Source: Fibrobacteria bacterium
GTDB taxonomy: Bacteria; Fibrobacterota; Fibrobacteria; UBA11236
DNA length: 59,950 bases
Direction of reading: 5' to 3'
Assembly: GCA_039926685.1 (NCBI GenBank)
Contig: JBDSWM010000350.1
Location: 1-59,950 of the forward strand
Part shown: positions 54,375-59,950 of the stretch, piece after piece
How positions within the stretch are numbered: position 1 is the first letter of the stretch
Layout: every line of letters begins with the position of its first letter
Program-made: the position numbers and the translations under genes
Notes under the pieces: model-generated
What the model was told of the DNA's origin: nothing
The model's database searches: none
What the model saw: the letters and a program-made list of their open reading frames with translations, nothing else

Positions 54375-54782
54375 TCAGCGGGGATGCGCCTCGTCGATCA
54401 CCTTTATCTTGAAGGTCACGGTGGTATCCGCGGTCTTGACCGTCACTTCCCGGATACCCTCGCTTTCGCTTTCGGCCAGGGAATCCTTGGCCAAAGGCCT
54501 GGCGATGAAATGGAAGGACAGCACCTTCCCCTGCGAGCTTGCCGCGCCTTTTTCCACGATCAGGCTGCGGGGCGCGGTGACCGTGACGCTGTCCAGCTTG
54601 CGCCCGTAGAGGAAGAACTGGCGGCGCTCACCCAGCACGGTGGCTTCAGGGACCAGGCGCCACTCGGGCGGGAGCGGCGCCAAGGGGGCGGGCTTCAACA
54701 GGGTGCAGCCGGCTAAGCAGAGTAAGCCCGAAATAACGCCCCAAAGGAGCATGGCCGGAAGCTTGGACGGGTTGCGGGGCAT
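54375..54782 (-). CDS. hypothetical lipoprotein
   Basis: Lipobox LCLAGC. Beta-rich 135-aa product. Lies 18 nt downstream of lutC on the same strand. Confidence 0.5.
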   Translation of the reverse strand: MPRNPSKLPAMLLWGVISGLLCLAGCTLLKPAPLAPLPPEWRLVPEATVLGERRQFFLYGRKLDSVTVTAPRSLIVEKGAASSQGKVLSFHFIARPLAKDSLAESESEGIREVTVKTADTTVTFKIKVIDEAHPR

Positions 54783-54800
54783 GCGATAGAGGTAGCTTTT

Positions 54801-55451
54801 TCAAGGGCCGATCACGGCGATGAGCCGGCCGGGGCCGTGCACGCCCAAGGTGAGCGACAGCTCAATGTCCGCAGTGCGGCTGGGGCCGGTGATGAATACC
54901 GCATAGGGAAGCCCGGCGCCGCTTCCGGCGGCGGCCGCCTCCAGCTTGCGGAAAAATTGCCCCATGCCCAGAAGGATGTCCGCCCGGCGGATGACCGCCA
55001 CATGGGTGATGGGCATTAGCGAAGCGGTGCGCGGCCGGCCGGGCCCGGAGGTCATGGCCAGGGTGCCGGTTTCGGCGAGGGCATTCTCGCACCCGGTGAG
55101 GCCGATTTCCGCCTGGCCCTGGGCCTCCTTGCCGTCCTCGCCGCGCAGGACCTTTTCCCCGCGCAGGCATTCCCCCACTCCGTAGGGAAGCCGGTCCGTG
55201 TCCCAGCTGAGGATGGCCAGGCCGGTGATAAGGCTTTGCACGCGCCGCCTTACCTCCGTTTCCGAATCCTCCACGAAGGATTCCACGCCCAGGAGCCGGA
55301 ATTCCTCCAGCAAGCGGGCCAGGAGCGCGTTGCCGTCCGGTTCCGGATAGGCCAAGCGGTCCGGTAAACCGGCGTCCGCTTCGGGAAGGTGGGCTTCCCT
55401 CTGCGCCCCGCGCAGGCGCGCCAAGATCCTGAGACGGGACTCATCGGCCAA
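54801..55451 (-). CDS. lutC: lactate utilization protein C (LUD domain, YkgG-like)
   Basis: Size and position after lutB (11-nt overlap). LUD-type C-terminus (VAVIRRADIL..., GPSRTADIE). Confidence 0.75.
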   Translation of the reverse strand: MADESRLRILARLRGAQREAHLPEADAGLPDRLAYPEPDGNALLARLLEEFRLLGVESFVEDSETEVRRRVQSLITGLAILSWDTDRLPYGVGECLRGEKVLRGEDGKEAQGQAEIGLTGCENALAETGTLAMTSGPGRPRTASLMPITHVAVIRRADILLGMGQFFRKLEAAAAGSGAGLPYAVFITGPSRTADIELSLTLGVHGPGRLIAVIGP

Positions 55452-56924
55452 GAGGGCCGCCTTTCCGATCGGGAGAATCGATGCGCGGGGATGCGGCAGC
55501 GGCCGGGACGATGGCGCCGGCGATCAACGCAGCTGATGCCTGGCGTTCCCGGAAAAGCATTTGGAAGCTTTTGGGCGCGGGAGCGCGCAGATCCCGCGAT
55601 CGCGTCCAGCCGCCCGCGAGCCCGGGCATTTTTTTGATCCAGCTATCCGTCGCCAGCATCCTTGCGGCGATTCCGGCCAAACGCGCGCCGGACTTGTACA
55701 GCCAGGGGCGCGCCGCCGCCACTCCGAAGGCCCATAGCCCTAGACGCAGGCTCCAGGGGACGGGAGCCTCCTCCACGGCGTGCTTGCGCAACTCCAGCAG
55801 CATGCGCGGGATGTCCAACCGCACCGGGCAGACCTCCTTGCAGGCTCCGCACAGGGAGCTCGCCTCCGGCAGGGCCTTCCAGTCCTTGATCCCCCGTAAC
55901 CCCGGCGTTACAATGGCCCCGACGGGCCCGGGATAAGTGTCGCCGTAGGCATGCCCTCCGATGTTCTTGTAGACCGGGCAGGCGTTGAGGCAGGCTCCGC
56001 AGCGGATGCAGCCTAGGATCTCGGCCAGGGGACCGCCCAGGATGCCGCTGCGGCCATTGTCGAGCAGGATGACGTGCATTTCTTCGCAGCCATCGCTTTC
56101 GCCCGGCCGGCGCGGACCGGAAATCAGCGAAGTATAGGTTGTGATTTTCTGGCCCGTGGCGGAGCGGGCCAGGATCTTGATCATAAGATCGAGATCGGCC
56201 AGGGAGGGAACCAGCTTTTCGACGCCCATTACCGCCACGTGAACGCGCGGCAAGGTCGTGACCATGCGGGCGCTGCCTTCATTGCTGACCAGGACGAGGC
56301 TGCCGGAATCGACGACCCCGAAATTCGCGCCCGTGATCCCCAGGTCCGCGGAGAGGAAGGCCTCGCGCAGCTTGGCGCGCGCTATCTTGGCCAGCTTTTC
56401 CGGATCGTTGGTGTAGGGAACCTTGAGCCGCTCATGCATGATCCCGCCGATGGTCTCCTTTGTCATGTGGATGATGGGCAGGATGATGTGTGAGGGCGTC
56501 GTATCCGCCAATTGCACGATATATTCGCCCAGGTCGGTTTCCAATACCTCTATCCCGGCCGCCAGCAGATCATGGTTGAGATGCGTTTCCTCCGTCGCCA
56601 TGGACTTCGACTTCACCGCGCGCCGGCAGCCCCCGCGCTTGGCGATGTCGATAAGGATGCGGTTGGCGGCCTTGCCGTCCTCGGCCCAATGCACCTGCAC
56701 GCCGTTCTTGATCAGGTTTTTCTCGAAGACCTCGAGGTTCCCGGCCAGGTCGCGGAGCAGCCCAGCTTGGCGCGCCTGGCCATGTCCCGGATCAAATCCG
56801 AATCCGCCAGCGACGCCAGCGACGCGGAACGCCGCGATCCCAGCCGTTCGGTGGCGCGGCCCAACGCGGTTTTCAGGTCTTCGTCCTTGAGCGCCGTCTC
56901 CACCCTGTCGAGGAAGTGGCTCAT
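55441..56924 (-). pseudogene. lutB: lactate utilization protein B (LutB/YkgF, 4Fe-4S) interrupted by a 1-nt frameshift
   Basis: The N-terminal 70 codons (MSHFLDRVETALKDEDLKTALGRATERL...RRAKLG) are in one frame and stop at 56712. The remainder (LLRDLAGNLEVFEKNLIKNGVQVHWAEDGK... CIRCGACLNACPVY ... CGACKEVCPV) is in another. The span is 1484 nt, which is 3n+2. The ATG at 56924 overlaps the lutA stop (ATGA). Confidence 0.85.
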
Positions 56925-57682
56925 GGCAAGCCCTCGGCGAGCACCTGGGCGATATGTTTCACCTTCAGGGTTCCGCCCCGCCTTTTCAGGCCGCCCTCCA
57001 GATGCATCAGGCAACCCATGTCGCAGCTGACCACGGTCCCCGCCCCGGAGGCTTCCAGGTTGCGGAGCTTGTTCTCCAGCATGGCGCCGGAGATGGCCGC
57101 GTTCTTGATCGAGAACATGCCGCCGAAGCCGCAGCATTCCTCCTGATCCGCTACCTCGGCGCATTCCAGATCCCGTACACCCGCCAGCAGGGCCCGCGGT
57201 TGGGCATTCACCCCCAGGCCGCGCAGTAAGTGGCAAGAGGGATGGTAGGCGACCTTGGCCCCCAAGCGCGCGCCCAGATCGGTGATCTTGAGGACGTCGA
57301 CCAGGAAGGCGGAGAATTCGTGGCAGCGATCCGAAACGGCCCGGGCCTTGGCGGCGTAGGCCGCGATGTCTTCGCCATCCCCGGCCGCAGGCCGGAACAG
57401 CAACTGGTACTGATGCGTGATCATGTCTCCGCAGGATCCCGAGGGGATCACGATGGGGCCCTCGGTGGCGGAAAGCAGATCCAGGTTATGCCGCGCCGCC
57501 TTGCGCGCGTCCGCGTGGAAACCGGCGTTGAACGCGGGCTGGCCGCAACAGGTCTGGGCCAAAGGCACTTCCACTTGCAAACCCAGCCGCATCAGGATGT
57601 CCGCCACCGACAGGCCCACCTCGGGATAGACCTCATTGATGATGCAAGTGTGGAAAAGCTGGACTTTTTTCGGAGCCGTCAT
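56921..57682 (-). CDS. lutA: lactate utilization protein A (CCG-domain Fe-S oxidoreductase, YkgE-like)
   Basis: KVQLFHTCIINEVYPEVG..., two CCG motifs (TCCGQPAFNAGF and ECCGFGGMFS). Confidence 0.9.
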   Translation of the reverse strand: MTAPKKVQLFHTCIINEVYPEVGLSVADILMRLGLQVEVPLAQTCCGQPAFNAGFHADARKAARHNLDLLSATEGPIVIPSGSCGDMITHQYQLLFRPAAGDGEDIAAYAAKARAVSDRCHEFSAFLVDVLKITDLGARLGAKVAYHPSCHLLRGLGVNAQPRALLAGVRDLECAEVADQEECCGFGGMFSIKNAAISGAMLENKLRNLEASGAGTVVSCDMGCLMHLEGGLKRRGGTLKVKHIAQVLAEGLP

Positions 57683-57875
57683 TTTTTTACCCGCCCGTAG
57701 GCCAAGCTCCGAGGCGGTTGGAAAACCGCCCGGGAGTCAGGAAAAAATATCCAAACCCGCGACCCGGCGTTCCGGAAACATGCTGGTGATTCTTAACTTC
57801 ATTGGTTCGGGTAGTTCCCGCGATTTCAAAGTCCGGATCCGCGCGTTAAAAGGATTTCAGCGCGCTTAGGTTTGC

Positions 57876-59504
57876 CTAGGCCCGGGCTTGACCGCTCGAT
57901 CCCCGCTCGATGAGCTGGCCTTCGCATTCGACTGCATTGCCTTCCTGGGTATGCGCCCGCTGACGGGGGCTGAGCACGTGGGTGAGGATCTTGCGCGCTA
58001 TTTCCGAGAAGGTGAAGCTGTAGCTGGAGAGATCGTTGTCGGTGGCGGCCTTGCTGTCGTCGAAACCGATCACGCTCATGTCGCGGGGGATGCGCACGCC
58101 TTTTTTGATCAGGTGATCGCGGGCCAGCAGGGCCATGCGATCATTGGCGCCCACGCAGGCCGTGAGGCCCGGGTCCTGCATGGCCGAAGTGAGTATCGGT
58201 TCCACGCGCGCGGCCATCTTGAGCTGATGGATGAAATTCCAAACCGAACCGGTCATCTGCTCCTGGGCATAGGACGCATGGTAGCCTTGTCCCGCTTCCG
58301 CGGAGGCGGCCAGGAAGGAATCCACCCGCTTGCGGAACTCTTCCAGATCGGCGGGACCGGGCAGGGAATGGAAACGATCGTCCACCTCTTCGATCACGAA
58401 TTTGCGCACGCCTTCCCCGAAACCGGCCCCTTGGAAGGATTGCAGCAGCCCGCGGAAACGGTATTGAGACCAGAGCTCTTTGTGGCAATAGGATAGGAAG
58501 GCGATTTTCCGGTGCCCGAGCTTGAGCAGGTATTGGCCCACTTGCCTGCCTGCGAGCAGGCCGGCCACCGTGAAGATGCGGAAGGCCCATCCGGCCAGAT
58601 CGGCCTGATGGTGCAAGGCATTGGTGATGCCCATGTCCCAGGTGGTGTCCACCACTGCGACGGGCCGGTCCAGCCCTCCGGGCTTGGCCTCCGGGCGCTG
58701 CACTTCGCGCAGGGTCTGCAGGGCCTGATCCAATTTCCGCTCCGGCAACATGGAGCTCCATAGGATATAGCCCAGCACGGAATGCTTTTCCTGGAGCGCG
58801 GTCAGTTGGTTGCCGAATACGGCCTTGCGGCGATCGGGATCGAATGGGATGACCACCACGTTGATCATGCTTTTGCCGCCCTCGCGGCGCAGGGTGGAGA
58901 GGAATTCGGTGACGGGATAGCCGCCGCAGATGATCTTCGAGGCCGCTTCGGGCGCGCTGATGAATACCAAGGTGCCGTGCGCGCGGCGCAGGTGCGGGAC
59001 CAGGTAGGTTTTCTTGTGGGGAACCACCAGGGTTTCGGAAGCGATGGCTTCCATGGCCTTGCGCAAGGTCTTGTAGGAGACGGCGTAGGACTTCTGCAAA
59101 TCGCGGAGGGAGGGCATCGCTTCGCCGGGTACGAAGTTGCCGTTGAAGATGTCCTTTTCGATCTGGATCTTGAGCCGCTGCCACCGTTGCGATTCGCCTG
59201 GGGAGGAAACGTGGAAACCGTTCCGCCCATCCACGGGGGGCTGGCCGAAATAAGCGCCCCGGTTCTTGATGATGCTGATCAGTCCCTCGGTTTTGAGCAT
59301 GCCCAGGGCGGAGCACATGGCCGCGGCGGAAACCTGCGCTTGGCGCGCCAGCACGCGGATGGGCGGCAATCTGTCGCCCTGCGACCAGGCCGCGGCGGTG
59401 ATTTCGTCCCTCACGTGGGTCAGAGATTTTTGCACGGCCGGATGGATTCGTTGCAAAGAATAGCCCTCAAGGCCGGGAATTACGGAAATACCCAGGCCGT
59501 TCAA
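57876..59504 (-). CDS. hybrid transcriptional regulator: two tandem GntR-type wHTH domains + LacI/PBP1-type sugar-binding domain
   Basis: wHTH 1: GDRLPPIRVLARQAQVSAAAMCSALGMLKTEGLISIIKNRGAYF. wHTH 2: GEAMPSLRDLQKSYAVSYKTLRKAMEAIASETLVVPHKKTYLV. C-terminal PBP1 with RIPRDMSVIGFDDS. Confidence 0.75.
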   Translation of the reverse strand: MNGLGISVIPGLEGYSLQRIHPAVQKSLTHVRDEITAAAWSQGDRLPPIRVLARQAQVSAAAMCSALGMLKTEGLISIIKNRGAYFGQPPVDGRNGFHVSSPGESQRWQRLKIQIEKDIFNGNFVPGEAMPSLRDLQKSYAVSYKTLRKAMEAIASETLVVPHKKTYLVPHLRRAHGTLVFISAPEAASKIICGGYPVTEFLSTLRREGGKSMINVVVIPFDPDRRKAVFGNQLTALQEKHSVLGYILWSSMLPERKLDQALQTLREVQRPEAKPGGLDRPVAVVDTTWDMGITNALHHQADLAGWAFRIFTVAGLLAGRQVGQYLLKLGHRKIAFLSYCHKELWSQYRFRGLLQSFQGAGFGEGVRKFVIEEVDDRFHSLPGPADLEEFRKRVDSFLAASAEAGQGYHASYAQEQMTGSVWNFIHQLKMAARVEPILTSAMQDPGLTACVGANDRMALLARDHLIKKGVRIPRDMSVIGFDDSKAATDNDLSSYSFTFSEIARKILTHVLSPRQRAHTQEGNAVECEGQLIERGSSGQARA

Positions 59505-59587
59505 GTAATCCTATCATTTTAATTCGGAAACCGGGAATCCGCTGGAAGTTCCGGCCAGAATCCGTTTACCCCGGGTAATCGGGACCT

Positions 59588-59950
59588 TCAGGAAACGCTC
59601 AAGGACTGGAAACGCTTGGCGGCACCGTGCCAGGCGGCTGCATCGCTGGGTCCGAAAATCTCTACCGGAAAGGAACGGCGCACCACCCCGCGCAAATCCC
59701 CGTTCTCATGGCCCAAGGTCTTGGCCTGGATGAGGAGATTGCCGATGGCGGTGGCCTCCACCGGGCCGGCATGCACGGTCAATTGAAGCGCATCGGCGGT
59801 GAACTGGTTCAGCAACCGGTTGCGACTGCCTCCGCCCACCACGTGCAGCACGCGGAAGGTACGGCCCGTGGCCGCCGCGCATTCCCCCAAGGTCTTGGCG
59901 TACAGCAAGGCCAGGCTCTCCAGAACGCAACGGATCATGCCCCCGGGATC
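59588..59950 (-). CDS. FGGY-family sugar kinase (rhamnulokinase-like), C-terminal part; 5' end outside the window
   Basis: HVVGGGSRNRLLNQFTADALQLTVHAGPVEATAIGN, the FGGY C-terminal motif. The reading frame is open to the window edge. Confidence 0.8.
   Translation of the reverse strand, partial: DPGGMIRCVLESLALLYAKTLGECAAATGRTFRVLHVVGGGSRNRLLNQFTADALQLTVHAGPVEATAIGNLLIQAKTLGHENGDLRGVVRRSFPVEIFGPSDAAAWHGAAKRFQSLSVS

Noticed and set aside
1-59950. CRISPR arrays, transposases/IS elements, prophage genes, toxin-antitoxin pairs and known defence-system genes
   Set aside because: I scanned the ORF translations and intergenic regions and saw no regularly spaced repeats, DDE/Tnp motifs, phage structural genes or recognisable defence enzymes.

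Overview
High-GC (about 60% by eye, not computed), densely coding chromosomal segment from a diderm bacterium. I found no rRNA, CRISPR array, transposase, integrase or phage genes. About 55 genes are supported, roughly two thirds of them on the minus strand.

Housekeeping genes dominate:
- ftsH (5' part), tilS, hisI, proA, proB, lysA, asd, gcvP, gcvH, murD, clpS, an HU/IHF-like protein, terC, htpX and thrH.
- purF, tRNA-Val(CAC), coaE, polA, trpF, lutABC and the 3' part of an FGGY sugar kinase.

Hypothetical envelope genes are interspersed among them. Two products end in FlgD-Ig / T9SS-like C-terminal sorting domains, and one barrel carries a PorV/PorQ-like signature. This suggests an FCB-superphylum-like organism (Fibrobacterota/Gemmatimonadota-like), but that is inference only.

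The best candidate for an undescribed system is the co-directional three-gene envelope locus at 26752-35019. It encodes a beta-barrel OMP, a 1472-aa multi-Ig surface protein with a sorting CTD, and an unusual PorV-like barrel fusion. A highly structured, G-rich 345-nt spacer sits inside the locus.

Secondary candidates:
- A lower-GC pocket (19.4-22.1 kb) with a LysR regulator, a His-rich secreted protein and an ECF sigma factor carrying a fused Cys-containing C-terminal domain.
- A kinase-less HAMP-DHp sensor.
- A membrane-anchored WYL-like mini-protein.
- A stand-alone four-repeat HA-domain protein.
- An ECF sigma / anti-sigma / vWA lipoprotein operon.
- A tandem-GntR/LacI hybrid regulator.
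- A 1-nt frameshift in lutB.

All domain calls come from motif recognition by eye. No HMM or BLAST search was possible.
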